Positions 19,670 to 29,627 are shown, numbered from the stretch's first letter. The stretch is DNA of 64,000 bases from an uncultured Chthonomonadaceae bacterium (GCA_963835065.1 CAWIEK010000044.1:96001-160000), one strand, 5' to 3'. Notes: a model not told the origin generated them from the letters alone. A program made the numbers and translations.

Positions 19670-20918
19670 AATTCCTTTTCATGTTCGTTTTCCTGTTCGC
19701 TGGAAAAATTATCAGGAAGGTTGTTGAAAAGTTTATCGGAAGGCGCATGAGCAAACGAATCGATAGGTTCACCGGCAATGGGAACAACGCCATGCCCGCT
19801 TTGTATGGAACTCAAATTCAGCCTTCCACCCTCATAAACCATGCCTCCATGCAGCGGGCTGTCGGTCATAAACAGGGGCGTATCCAAATCCACAAAGCAG
19901 AAGCCGCCCAGACCGGACGCGAAACAGGCCGATACGGTCATGGCTAAAATGGACTCGACCATGCCGCCAATCATCAGTCCGATACCCTGCGTTTTGCACA
20001 GCGCGGCGATTTCCAGCGCGTCCGCGATGCCGCACTTCATCAGCTTGATGTTGACGATACTGGCCGCCTGCATGTCCATCAAGTCGCCGAACGCCTTCCA
20101 CATCCGACGCGCTTTCATCGGCGATAATGGGTACGCCGCCTTCCCGCGTAATCCGTTTCATTCCATCCAGATCATCTTTTGGCACGGGCTGTTCCAGCGC
20201 GGCGGGCGTGATGCCGTGCTCCCTCAGCATGGCAAGCAACCGCAAAGCGGAGGCAGCGGTCAAGCCCTTGATTGCCGTCAAGCAGCAGGGGCGCGTCGGG
20301 GGCATGGGCGTGAATGGCCTTGATGCGGGCGGCATCCGTCACAATGTCCTGCGTGCCGATTTTGATTTTGATAGTCCGTATGCCCCGCTTGACGATGTTC
20401 TGGGCAGAAATGGCGGCATGGGCAACGGCTTCCTCGTTGCTGACGCCCGATTGCGTGGTAACGGTCATGTCGGTTTCAAGCAACGCATTGGCATTGCCGA
20501 AAACAGCGACCAGGGGAATGTTATCGTGCCGGGCAAGAGCATCCAGCAGGGCGGTTTCCAGAGCGCAGCGCGTGGAACCGTCATGAGGAATCTGCGTTTT
20601 CAACTGACTGGCGATGTGCCGCCAACCCCGCGCATCCTGTCCAATGAGCGCGGACTGAACACTTGCAAGGGCACTTCGGGCGCTATCCTGCGTTTCGCCG
20701 TTAAAGGGCGGCAGGGGAGCCGCTTCGCCATAGCCCTTCGCGCCGTCCGCAAGTTCCAGCGTCACGAGCAAATTGTTGGCAACCGCCTGCGCCCCGCCCG
20801 CAATCCCGAACAACTCCCACAGCGGTATATCCAGATTTTGCACCCTAATGCTGCGTATGATTGTGCTTTTCGGCAAAGCCAAACTCCGTACTTTCCTTCG
20901 TGTCTCATTACCGGACAC
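19666..20918 (-). pseudogene. L-Ala-D/L-Glu dipeptide epimerase (enolase superfamily), two apparent frameshifts near 20262 and 20105
   Basis: GYGEAAP, KIKIG, LDGNQG in one frame; LEQPV, IIADES in a second; NIKLMK, GGMVES, DLDTP in a third. Confidence 0.85.
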
Positions 20919-20965
20919 ATTTAGCCAATGGTTGAAAACGCCTGTGAGAATGGGTTCGGCTAAGA

Positions 20966-21045
20966 AATCTTGTTTAATCCTAAAAATCCTGTTAATCCTG
21001 TCTATTTTGAATTTGCATCTGCGTTCATTCGCGTTTATTCGCGGC
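20966..21045. repeat. Short 9-mer-type tandem repeats
   Basis: AATCCTAAA-AATCCTGTT-AATCCTGTC and GCGTTCATTCGCGTTTATTCGCG, the latter overlapping the M20 gene stop. Confidence 0.6.
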
Positions 21046-22246
21046 TGACTTGTTCCTGCTGATTCAGGTAGCGCAGGACGATGTTGGTGAACAAGCGGAT
21101 ACCGACGGGAACGGCTTCGTCGCCAAAATTGTACGTGGGCGTATGGAGCGGGGTCACGTCTGTACCGACGCCGAGCCGAAACATTGCGCCGGGCGCGCGT
21201 TCCAGATACACGGCGAAATCTTCCGCGCCCATAGAAGGCGATTCTAAAACAACAACGTTGTCGCGTCCCAAAACATCCGCGCCCACTTCGGCAACAAGGG
21301 CGTTGATGCCCGCATCATTAACGGTAACGGGCGTACCGAAGCGATAGCCGAACGTGTACTCGGCGCGCATGGCCTGACAAATGCCGGCCACGATCCGCTC
21401 CACATGCTCCTTCATTTGCGGGCGCAGTTCGCGGGACAGGCAGCGCACCGTGCCCTTGATTTCCGCTGTGCCGGGGATCACGTTGTACGCCGTGCCCGCG
21501 TGAAACTGCGCCACCGTCACGACAACCGGCTCCACAGGCGAGACTTCCCGGCTCGACAAGGTTTGCAGCGCAGTGACGATGTGCGCGCCGATAACGATAG
21601 GGTCAACGCCGATATGCGGCATGGCCGCGTGTGCGCCGCGCCCGTGAACGGTGATGTCGAATGTGTCAGCGGACGCCATCATGGGGCCGGGGCGAACGCC
21701 GATCTGCCCCACTGCCATACCGGGCCAGCCGTGCAGCGCGACAATGGCATCCACGCCGTCCATGACGCCTTCCGCGCACATTTCGGTTGCGCCGCCAACG
21801 GTCTCTTCCGCCGGCTGAAAGATGAATTGAACCGTGCCGGGAAGCTGGCTGCGCAATTGGGCGAGCGCCGTGGCTGTGCCGAGCAAAGTGGCGGTATGTC
21901 CGTCATGGCCGCAGGCATGCATTACGCCGGGATTACACGATTTGTACGGCAGATCGCTTTGCTCCAGAATCGGCAGGGCGTCCATGTCGGCGCGCAAGGC
22001 AATGGTCGGGCCTTCGTTCGCGCCGTCTGCCTTGCCTCGCAATAGCCCGACAACGCCATAACCGCCGACACCGGCGCGAACCTCATCCAGTCCAAGCGCG
22101 CGCAAACGCTCCGCCACCAGTTCAGACGTGGCCTGTTCCTGATGGCTGAGTTCGGGATTCTGGTGCAGATAATGGCGCGTGGCAACCGCTTCGGGAACAG
22201 CGGCCTGAACAATAGATGCGAGAACTTCCTGATCCACAAAAGGCAT
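21035..22246 (-). CDS. M20D family amidohydrolase
   Basis: LHQNPELS, LRADMDALP, MHACGHDGH, FQPAEE, MGAEDF. Confidence 0.93.
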   Translation of the reverse strand: MPFVDQEVLASIVQAAVPEAVATRHYLHQNPELSHQEQATSELVAERLRALGLDEVRAGVGGYGVVGLLRGKADGANEGPTIALRADMDALPILEQSDLPYKSCNPGVMHACGHDGHTATLLGTATALAQLRSQLPGTVQFIFQPAEETVGGATEMCAEGVMDGVDAIVALHGWPGMAVGQIGVRPGPMMASADTFDITVHGRGAHAAMPHIGVDPIVIGAHIVTALQTLSSREVSPVEPVVVTVAQFHAGTAYNVIPGTAEIKGTVRCLSRELRPQMKEHVERIVAGICQAMRAEYTFGYRFGTPVTVNDAGINALVAEVGADVLGRDNVVVLESPSMGAEDFAVYLERAPGAMFRLGVGTDVTPLHTPTYNFGDEAVPVGIRLFTNIVLRYLNQQEQVSRE

Positions 22247-22300
22247 AAGATTTCCTTCACTTAACCGGCAGATAGGCGCGTTTCTAATTCAAGGTATTGC

Positions 22301-22420
22301 GCCGGGGATTTTCAATCCCCGGCAGGAAAGTGCAAGCGTCCTGCGGACGCACAATTCAAAGAATAGCATCGCGCTCGTAGGACGCTTGTTTTGTCTTGCC
22401 GGGGATTGAAAATCCCCGGC
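22301..22420. repeat. REP-like palindromic doublet
   Basis: GCCGGGGATTTTCAATCCCCGGC and its inverted copy, flanking GCGTCCTGCGGACGC. Confidence 0.8.
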
Positions 22421-22445
22421 AGAGTTAAGAAGAAGTTTTGAACTT

Positions 22446-23306
22446 TCAATTCAGTCCATAAACATGGCTGGCATTGTCGTGAAACAATTTACGCTTATCG
22501 GCCTCGTTCCAATCGGCGACAATGGCTTGCAGTGTTTCCACCCACGTTCGCAGGGAAGCCCCAAGCGTACACACGGGCCAATCGCTTGCGAACATAACGC
22601 GGTCATGCCCGAAGGATTGTACGCAGGTGTTTACGAACGGCGCGAGCAGAGAAGACGCATCTTCCCCCGGTTTTAGCTGCGCAATGATGCCGCTGATTTT
22701 GCAGACGATGTTGGGCTGCTCCGCCAATTCCGCAATGCCCCGCTTCCAGCCTATGTGTTCGGGCGAATCGAGCGCGGCGTGAATGTTCGGGTTGCCGCAA
22801 TGATCGAGAACAAAGCGCGTGTCAGGGCATTGATGCGTAAGTTTCACGCCATCTTCCAGTTCGTTTGGGCGCAGGCACAGGTCGAACAACAATTTGCGCG
22901 CGCCTAACAAGCGCATTGCGCGGACGAATTCCGGTTTCAGGCAGGTTCCGCGTTCCAATCCGCCGTGCAGCACCTTCCGAACGCCCTTTACATGCCTGTC
23001 ACCTGAAAAGCGCTCCACATACGCGGCAAAGCCCGAATCAAGCGGGTCGCCACCAATTACTGCGCCCACAAGAAGCGTGTCTTTCTGGCGGCACAGGCCA
23101 AGAACGATTTCCGCTTCCAAAACGCGCTGCGTTGCCTCGGCATCCACTTCCATGTATACGGTGTTGACGATGTTCAAACCCGCCGCTTCGCGCTCATAAT
23201 CCGCCAGAACGTGGTTTGCAGCCAGTTTGCCGCCGCCCGCCAGCCAGGGCAGATGCAGTTTGCTCAAATCCCACAAATGCTGATGCGTGTCAATAATGGG
23301 AAGCAT
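22446..23306 (-). CDS. Amidohydrolase_2 family (sugar lactonase-like)
   Basis: IIDTHQHLWD, FVLDHCGNP, CKISG, MFASDWPV. Confidence 0.9.
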   Translation of the reverse strand: MLPIIDTHQHLWDLSKLHLPWLAGGGKLAANHVLADYEREAAGLNIVNTVYMEVDAEATQRVLEAEIVLGLCRQKDTLLVGAVIGGDPLDSGFAAYVERFSGDRHVKGVRKVLHGGLERGTCLKPEFVRAMRLLGARKLLFDLCLRPNELEDGVKLTHQCPDTRFVLDHCGNPNIHAALDSPEHIGWKRGIAELAEQPNIVCKISGIIAQLKPGEDASSLLAPFVNTCVQSFGHDRVMFASDWPVCTLGASLRTWVETLQAIVADWNEADKRKLFHDNASHVYGLN

Positions 23307-23358
23307 GGAAGTTCCGTTTCTTGTTAATTCGTTTTCCGGTGAGTTTATTTGGGCGGGT

Positions 23359-23730
23359 TTACTCCCGGACGGCGGTAATGGCAAGCAGCGCCCATCCGCA
23401 TAGGAAGCATAAACCGCCCAACGGGGTCACGGCTCCGAGAATTTTCACGCCGCTGACTGCCAGCACATACAGGCTGCCGGAAAACAGCAGGATGCCAGCT
23501 GCAAACAGCCAGCCTGCCAGTTCCACCTTCTTTTTGTCGCGCAGCCGGTCTGCCAGAATCGCCAGCAGCACAAGCGCCAGCGCGTGGACAAGATGGTACT
23601 GGACGCCCGTTTTGTAGGTTTCTACTGTTCCGTTCGCGGTTAAGACGCTTTGCAGTCCGTGCGCCCCGAACGCGCCAAGCGCCACGCCCACAAACGCAAA
23701 CACGCTGCCCAGCAGCAACATATTTTTCAC
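23359..23730 (-). CDS. DUF423 membrane protein
   Basis: LGAFGAH, YHLVH, FSGSLY, TPLGG. Confidence 0.92.
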   Translation of the reverse strand: MKNMLLLGSVFAFVGVALGAFGAHGLQSVLTANGTVETYKTGVQYHLVHALALVLLAILADRLRDKKKVELAGWLFAAGILLFSGSLYVLAVSGVKILGAVTPLGGLCFLCGWALLAITAVRE

Positions 23731-23885
23731 GTCAAGTCTGCCTTATTCATCCGGGTTTGGTTCGGAAAATGGAGTGGAAGGATTGCAGGAACGGTACTGT
23801 TCTTGCAGGAAATTACGTATGAATGGCGTATGTGGTTGCAAGGGAACGGCATTGGCGTGTTCCCACAGCGAAAGGAAGCAAAAGT

Positions 23886-24701
23886 ATGCCTGGTCCCTTT
23901 CCCGGTATGGACCCCTATCTGGAACACCCGATGCTATGGTCTGATTTGCACCATAGTTTCATTACGTTTGCCCGTTCGGCAATTCGCGCGGCGTTGCCGA
24001 ACGGTTACATCGCCAAAGTGGAAGAGCGTGTCATTATTCTTCCTCCAGAGCGAACCATCATTCCCGACGTGTTTGTACGCCGACAGCCTGCGCCATCTAC
24101 GCCGTCAACAGGAACCCTCGCGGTTATGGACGAACAAGACGCGCCCCGCCTGCTTCGAATCCCGCCGCCGGAGTCGCAGCGCGAAGGCTATATTGATATT
24201 GTGGACGCTGTAGATCAAGAGCGGATTGTGACCACAATCGAAGTTCTCAGCCCCACCAACAAAATGCTCGGCAATTCAGCGCGAACAAGCTATCTTGAAA
24301 AGCAGGAAGCGATTTTAAACAGCAGTACGCATCTGCTTGAGATTGATCTGTTGCGGACAGGCACACCGACGATTGCCGCGCCGTTGGCGGCTTTGGAAGC
24401 GGAGGGCGTTCCCTGGAACTACCTTGTCTGCCTGCACCGCGCCGGGCAAAACCGGGAAGATTACCAGACGTTCGAGGTCTGGTTCAATCGGATACGGCAA
24501 CCCCTGCCCCGCGTCCGCGTTCCACTGGATGCCGGCGTGTCCGATGTTCAGTTGGATTTACAGGCCGTTTTGAACCGCTGTTACGAGGAAGCGGGTTACG
24601 AAGATATGGCGGATTACGCGGGGGAGCCAATCCCCCCGCTTGCCACTGAAGATAGTCTTTGGGCAGACACAATACTGCGCGAACGTGGCCTGCGCGTCTG
24701 A
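23886..24701 (+). CDS. DUF4058 family protein (restriction-endonuclease-like)
   Basis: MPGPFPGMDPYLE, IPDV, IEVLSPTNK, EIDLLR. Confidence 0.88.
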   Translation: MPGPFPGMDPYLEHPMLWSDLHHSFITFARSAIRAALPNGYIAKVEERVIILPPERTIIPDVFVRRQPAPSTPSTGTLAVMDEQDAPRLLRIPPPESQREGYIDIVDAVDQERIVTTIEVLSPTNKMLGNSARTSYLEKQEAILNSSTHLLEIDLLRTGTPTIAAPLAALEAEGVPWNYLVCLHRAGQNREDYQTFEVWFNRIRQPLPRVRVPLDAGVSDVQLDLQAVLNRCYEEAGYEDMADYAGEPIPPLATEDSLWADTILRERGLRV

Positions 24702-24730
24702 GTGTGGCGCTTAAAAGAAAGGAACTGCAA

Positions 24731-25590
24731 ATGCCCGGCCCGTTCCCCGGTATGGATCCCTATCTGGAAGACCCGTTTATTTGGCAGGGCGTTCACAACA
24801 CCCTGATTACGTATATTGCCGCCGCGCTGAATGCCGTGCTGCCGCCCGATTACGTTGCGGATACGGGAGTACGCTGCCTGATCGAGCGGCAAATGAGCGC
24901 GATTATTCCTGATGTAATCGTTCAGGAGGAACGCGCGCTTGTCCTGTTGGAACGCAGCGGAAGCGTGGCGGTTCTGGAAACACCGCGAAAAATAGACACC
25001 ACGCTTCGCCTGCGAAGCGTGGCGGTTCTGGAAAACCGCGAAAAATAGACACGCCGCTTCGCCTGCGAGTGGATACTTTGGAAGAGCGCCAGGCGTTTGT
25101 CAACGTTATCAACATTCACAGCGAACAGATTGTCACGGTGATTGAAATACTCAGCCCGACAAACAAAAACACTTCCAATGACGGATGGGAAACGTACCGG
25201 CGGAAACAGCAGGAGTTGCTGGCAAGCCAAACGAACCTTATTAAAATTGACTTGCTGCGCGATGGCGAGTACACAGTGGCTGTACCCGAATCTGTGCTGC
25301 CGCGCGCGCCCCGCCGTGATTATTTAACCTGCCTGCATCGGGGCGGGCGCGGCTGGGATTTTGAAGCTTGGCCTACAAGAGTGCGCGAACGATTGCCCTG
25401 TATTGCCGTGCCGCTTACGCAGGAATTATCCGACGTGCCCCTGGACTTACAGCAACCCTTCAACAGGCTCTATGACGAGGGGCGGTATGACCGGAAAGTG
25501 AATTATTCGCGGGAGCCAATCCCGCCGCTTGCCGCCGAAGACGCCGCGTGGGCGGACACCCTACTGCGCGAACGCAGCCTGCGCAGATGA
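24731..25590 (+). pseudogene. Second DUF4058 paralogue with internal 54-bp duplication and frameshift
   Basis: Same N-terminal motif. Tandem copies at 24960-25013 and 25014-25066; the second lacks one C. IEILSPTNK in the downstream frame. Confidence 0.85.
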
Positions 25591-25610
25591 ATAACATCTA
25601 TGTAGAAACA

Positions 25611-25967
25611 TCATTTCTCAGTCGCGCCACTGCTTGCCGTCGTGGTGGGGGTGGCAGGCGCGGCGGGCTTATCGGCGGTTTTACTGTCGGTTTTGCTATC
25701 AGTCGAGTCCGTTTTGGTTTCAGAACCGGATTTATCCCCTGTTTTGTCTCCCTCCGCCTTTTCGGAACTCGCCGACTCACTTGTGTCCGGCTTACGCGAG
25801 TCGTTGACGTACCAGCCGGAACCCTTAAAGACGATGCCGACGGGATATAGCAGACGCTTCACTTTACTGCCACATTGCGGACAAATTTCAACAGGCGCGT
25901 CTTTCATCGCCTGAAACACGGAAAATTCGTGCTTACATTCGGTACACTGATAACCATAGGTCGGCAA
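25611..25967 (-). CDS. FmdB family zinc-ribbon protein
   Basis: MPTYGYQCTEC...CPQC...FKGSGWY, low-complexity tail. Confidence 0.92.
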   Translation of the reverse strand: MPTYGYQCTECKHEFSVFQAMKDAPVEICPQCGSKVKRLLYPVGIVFKGSGWYVNDSRKPDTSESASSEKAEGDKTGDKSGSETKTDSTDSKTDSKTADKPAAPATPTTTASSGATEK

Positions 25968-26069
25968 AGGAACTCACCTCTTAAAATGTAAATTTTGCTG
26001 GATAGCTCTATTATACCGCGTTGCAAGCCTTGCTGCGTAAGTCGGCAGGCGTTGGAGTAAGGAACCGCT

Positions 26070-26444
26070 TTGGGTACGAAAATCGCTTTGCTTGTGCTGA
26101 TGGCTGTGTGTGGCGGCGCGTGGGGCTATGTGGCCTGGATCAAGCGCCGCCTGGATGTTGCGCTCAAGCTGCTGGAAGAGCAAAAGACGCGGCAGCGCAG
26201 CCTGTCCGCTTCCTATGGCCGCATCACGGAACAATGGTTCCCCCTGATGGACAAATACCCGTATGACTCCGCCAATTTTCGCTTTCTCGGAACGCCTGTG
26301 GACGGCGTACAGTTCGAGGAAGACCGTATCGTATTCGTCGAGTTCAAGTCCAACCGATCAGAACTGTCTTCAGCCCAGAAGAAACTAAAGAAACTGGTCG
26401 AGTTGGGCAAAGTGACGTGGGAGGAGTTTCATTTTAATGAGTGA
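26070..26444 (+). CDS. Holliday junction resolvase-like endonuclease with N-terminal TM anchor
   Basis: GRITEQWFP, RFLGTPVDG, FVEFK. Confidence 0.8.
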   Translation: MGTKIALLVLMAVCGGAWGYVAWIKRRLDVALKLLEEQKTRQRSLSASYGRITEQWFPLMDKYPYDSANFRFLGTPVDGVQFEEDRIVFVEFKSNRSELSSAQKKLKKLVELGKVTWEEFHFNE

Positions 26445-27714
26445 GGAGACGTTAGGGAACAGGGAACAGGGAACAGGGAACAGAAGGAATTCGCAAGAGA
26501 AAGATTCCCGTTCTGTCTCCTTGCTGTTCCCTGTTCCCTGTTCCCTGTTCCCTGACCGGATGCTGCTCCTTGGCCTGATGTCGGGCACGTCCGTAGACGG
26601 CATTGATGCTGCGCTGGTGGAGTTTGAAGGGCAGGGCGATGGGTTAAAGTGGACGCTGCCCGGGTTTACCTGCGTTCCCTGGGCTGTGGAACTGCGGGCG
26701 GCGATTTTGGACGCCTGCCGCCCGGACGCGAGGCTGCAAACCATAGTCGCGCTCAATGTGCGCTTAGGGGAAGCGTTTGCGGAAGCGGCGAAGGTGGCGG
26801 CGGACAAAATGGGCGTTTCGCTTGCCGATATTGGCTGCATCGCGTCGCATGGGCAAACCGTGTGGCATCAGCCGACGCCGCTTACAATTGCGGGACAGGC
26901 CGTGACGGGAACGCTGCAAATTGGGGAGCCGAGCGTGATTGCCGCCCGAACCGGCTGCGTGGTCGTGGCGGATTTTCGGACGGCGGATATGGCCGTTGGC
27001 GGACAGGGCGCTCCGCTTGTGCCGTTTGCCGATTACGCGCTGTTCCACTCCGCAACGGAAACCCGCGTCGTACAGAACATCGGCGGCATCGCCAACCTGA
27101 CGTATCTTCCGGCAGGGGGCGGATTGGAAGAGGTAATCGCTTTTGATACGGGGCCGGGCAACATGCTGCTGGACGCTCTGATGCAGCGTATCACTGAGGG
27201 CGCAAGGCAATATGATGCGGAAGGCGCTTTCGCCGGGCGTGGAAACATCTGCGCGCCCCTGCTGGAATTGTTTTTGGACGATCCCTATTTTGCCCTGCCG
27301 CCCCCGAAAACAACGGGGCGCGAACAGTTCGGGCAGGCGTATGCCGACCGCTTTTATCAGGAAGCGCAGAAATTCGGCTGTGGAAACGAAGACATTCTGG
27401 CGACAGCCACGCGCCTGACGGCCCAAACTATTGCCCGCGCCTGCCGGGATTGGCTGCCGGCGCAGGGACCAATAGACACGGTGATTGTCGGTGGGGGCGG
27501 AACTGCGAACCTGCCCCTGATGCAAATGCTAAGGGACTTGCTGGCCCCGGCGCGAATTACCACTTCTGCCGAGTTCGGCCTGCCCGATGACGCCAAAGAA
27601 GCCGTCGCGTTCGCGCTGCTGGCCTACGAAACGCTGCACGGACGCCCCTCGAATGTGCCGTCCGCAACGGGCGCGAAGTCGGCGGCGATATTGGGCAAGA
27701 TTGTCTTGCCTTGA
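26437..27714 (+). CDS. anmK: Anhydro-N-acetylmuramic acid kinase (alternative start 26560)
   Basis: GLMSGTSVDGID, SHGQT, GGQGAPLVP, NIGGIAN, FDTGPGN, KEAVAFA. Confidence 0.95.
   Translation: MSEETLGNREQGTGNRRNSQEKDSRSVSLLFPVPCSLFPDRMLLLGLMSGTSVDGIDAALVEFEGQGDGLKWTLPGFTCVPWAVELRAAILDACRPDARLQTIVALNVRLGEAFAEAAKVAADKMGVSLADIGCIASHGQTVWHQPTPLTIAGQAVTGTLQIGEPSVIAARTGCVVVADFRTADMAVGGQGAPLVPFADYALFHSATETRVVQNIGGIANLTYLPAGGGLEEVIAFDTGPGNMLLDALMQRITEGARQYDAEGAFAGRGNICAPLLELFLDDPYFALPPPKTTGREQFGQAYADRFYQEAQKFGCGNEDILATATRLTAQTIARACRDWLPAQGPIDTVIVGGGGTANLPLMQMLRDLLAPARITTSAEFGLPDDAKEAVAFALLAYETLHGRPSNVPSATGAKSAAILGKIVLP
26454..26553. repeat. Inverted heptamer arrays (AGGGAAC)4 / (CTGTTCC)4
   Basis: Direct reading; in frame with the anmK 5' region. 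Confidence 0.92.
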
Positions 27715-27740
27715 CAAACGCTTGTCGGGTAGATTATACT
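27711..27740 (+). promoter_or_regulatory. Sigma70-type promoter upstream of purA leader
   Basis: TTGACA-N18-TATACT. Confidence 0.7.
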
Positions 27741-27933
27741 AAATAAAGTGGTTAGCCAGGCCCTCGGATGGATAGCGTATGCTATCCATTTTTCCTTTGA
27801 GGGGCACAGCAATCGCCTCCGAATCCCCTCTCACGTCCATTACGGATTTGAGAAGCCGCGTCACGTCTCGGCTTCTTGAAATGGCGAACCTGGCGGAGGG
27901 AAAAGGGAGGAACGGACCGCCCCGGTGGAAATC

Positions 27934-27999
27934 ATGAGTGATAAGTGATGACTGATGAATGGGGCTGTTATTCATCACTCATCATTCATCATTCATCAT
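27934..27999. repeat. Inverted heptamer arrays (TGATGAA-like / TTCATCA)
   Basis: Direct reading. Confidence 0.85.
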
Positions 28000-28047
28000 T
28001 GTAAATGCGGTGTCGTCAGCCTCGGGGCAGGAGAGCGATAGAAAAAC

Positions 28048-29364
28048 ATGGCAAACATTGTGATCGTGGGCGCGCAGTGGGGCGACGAGGCCAAAGGCAA
28101 GATCATTGACTACCTCGCGTCCCAATCGGCGATGGTCGTTCGGTATGGCGGCGGCAATAACGCCGGCCATTCCGTGACGGTCGGAACCGAAGAGTACAAG
28201 TTTCACCTCATCCCCGCCGGTATTCTGCATCCCGGCATCCTCTGCGTGATTACGGATGGCGTGGTCATTGATCCGGGCGTCCTTGTCCGCGAACTCGATG
28301 GCTTGCAGGCGCGCGGCATTTCCCTGAGCAACCTGAAAATATCTACATCCACGCACATTATTTTGCCGTACCACCGCCTGCTCGACGAGCTGCAGGAGGA
28401 AAGCCGGGGCAATGAGAAGATCGGCACGACGGGCCGGGGCATCGGACCGGCGTACATGGATAAGGCGGCGCGAATCGGCATCCGCATGGGCGAGTTCGTG
28501 GACCCGGCGCGATTCGCAATCCGCTTGCGGGCGGTGCTGGCGGAAAAGAACGCCATTCTGACCAAAGTGTACGGGCATGAGGGGCTGGACGCGGACGCGC
28601 TTTTGCAGGAGTATCAGGGTTACGCCGAAACCCTGCGCCCGTATGTGCAGGACACGGCGGCACTGGTGAACCGGGTGGCGCGGAGCGGGGGCGGCGTGTT
28701 GTTTGAGGGCGCGCAGGGCACACTGCTCGATCTGGATTTGGGCACGTACCCGTATGTCACCTCCTCGCACCCGATTGCGGGCGGCGCGTGTATCGGAACC
28801 GGGGTCGGCCCGACAATGATTGACGGGGTTATCGGCGTGGCGAAGTCGTATACCACGCGGGTCGGGGCGGGCGTGTTTCCCACGGAACTGCTGAACGAAA
28901 CCGGGCATTACATCCGCGAACGGGGTCATGAGTACGGCACGACAACCGGACGCCCCCGACGCTGCGGCTGGCTGGACACGATGATTTTGCGGTACGCGGT
29001 GCAGGTAAATGGCCTGAGCTGCCTGGCGCTGGGGCATCTGGACGTGCTGGCTGGCTTGGACGAAGTGAAAATCTGCGTCGGATATGAAACCACGAGCGGT
29101 GAGCGGTTGGAAGACCTGCCTTCCGATCTGCCGTTCCGCACAGACCTCAAAGCCGTCTATGAAACCCTGCCCGGTTGGCCGGAAGACCTGTCAAATGCGC
29201 GTACAGTGGAAGAACTTCCTGCCAATGCCCGCGCGTTCGTCAGCCGGGTACAGGAACTCGTCGGCATTCCTATCGCCACGCTATCGGTCGGCCCTGCCCG
29301 CGAACAGACCATCATTGTAGACGGCGTGTTGGCAAGCGTTTTGCGCCCCGCCCCGCACACATAG
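28048..29364 (+). CDS. purA: Adenylosuccinate synthetase
   Basis: GAQWGDEAKGK, GGNNAGH, FEGAQG, YPYVTSS, EYGTTTGRPRRCGWLD. Confidence 0.98.
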   Translation: MANIVIVGAQWGDEAKGKIIDYLASQSAMVVRYGGGNNAGHSVTVGTEEYKFHLIPAGILHPGILCVITDGVVIDPGVLVRELDGLQARGISLSNLKISTSTHIILPYHRLLDELQEESRGNEKIGTTGRGIGPAYMDKAARIGIRMGEFVDPARFAIRLRAVLAEKNAILTKVYGHEGLDADALLQEYQGYAETLRPYVQDTAALVNRVARSGGGVLFEGAQGTLLDLDLGTYPYVTSSHPIAGGACIGTGVGPTMIDGVIGVAKSYTTRVGAGVFPTELLNETGHYIRERGHEYGTTTGRPRRCGWLDTMILRYAVQVNGLSCLALGHLDVLAGLDEVKICVGYETTSGERLEDLPSDLPFRTDLKAVYETLPGWPEDLSNARTVEELPANARAFVSRVQELVGIPIATLSVGPAREQTIIVDGVLASVLRPAPHT

Positions 29365-29378
29365 CGCTGCCTGCTGTG

Positions 29379-29420
29379 AAAAAAGAAGGGGCAAGGAACG
29401 TTTGCTGCCCCTTCCATTTG
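29379..29420. terminator. Intrinsic terminator-like hairpin after purA
   Basis: GAAGGGGCA...TGCCCCTTC preceded by an A run. Confidence 0.65.
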
Positions 29421-29430
29421 CAAAACGAGG

Positions 29431-29459
29431 TTGACAGATTCGGCAAGTTGGGGTAGCAT
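29431..29459 (+). promoter_or_regulatory. Sigma70-type promoter of tRNA-Lys
   Basis: TTGACA-N17-TAGCAT. Confidence 0.65.
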
Positions 29460-29504
29460 AAGAGAGTGTGAAGCAGGCGCGAAAGCATTAAATAGCGCAG
29501 ATAT

Positions 29505-29580
29505 GAGAGCATAGCTCAGTCGGTAGAGCAACGCCCTTTTAAGGCGTGGGCCCTGGGTTCGAGTCCCAGTGCTCTCACCA
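29505..29580 (+). tRNA. tRNA-Lys (anticodon UUU)
   Basis: Acceptor GAGAGCA/TGCTCTC, D arm GCTC/GAGC, anticodon arm ACGCC-CTTTTAA-GGCGT, T arm CTGGG-TTCGAGT-CCCAG, encoded CCA; 76 nt. Confidence 0.97.
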
Positions 29581-29594
29581 TTGGTTAATAAGCG

Positions 29595-29627
29595 CGATGG
29601 GGTAGAGTATCCAACTCTACCCCATCG
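29595..29627 (+). terminator. Hairpin downstream of tRNA-Lys
   Basis: CGATGGGGTAGAGT-ATCCA-ACTCTACCCCATCG. Confidence 0.65.

Noticed and set aside
27885..27930. ZTP or ykkC-type riboswitch before purA
   Set aside because: CTGGCGG and CCGCC are present, but the other conserved stems and motifs of those families are not evident.
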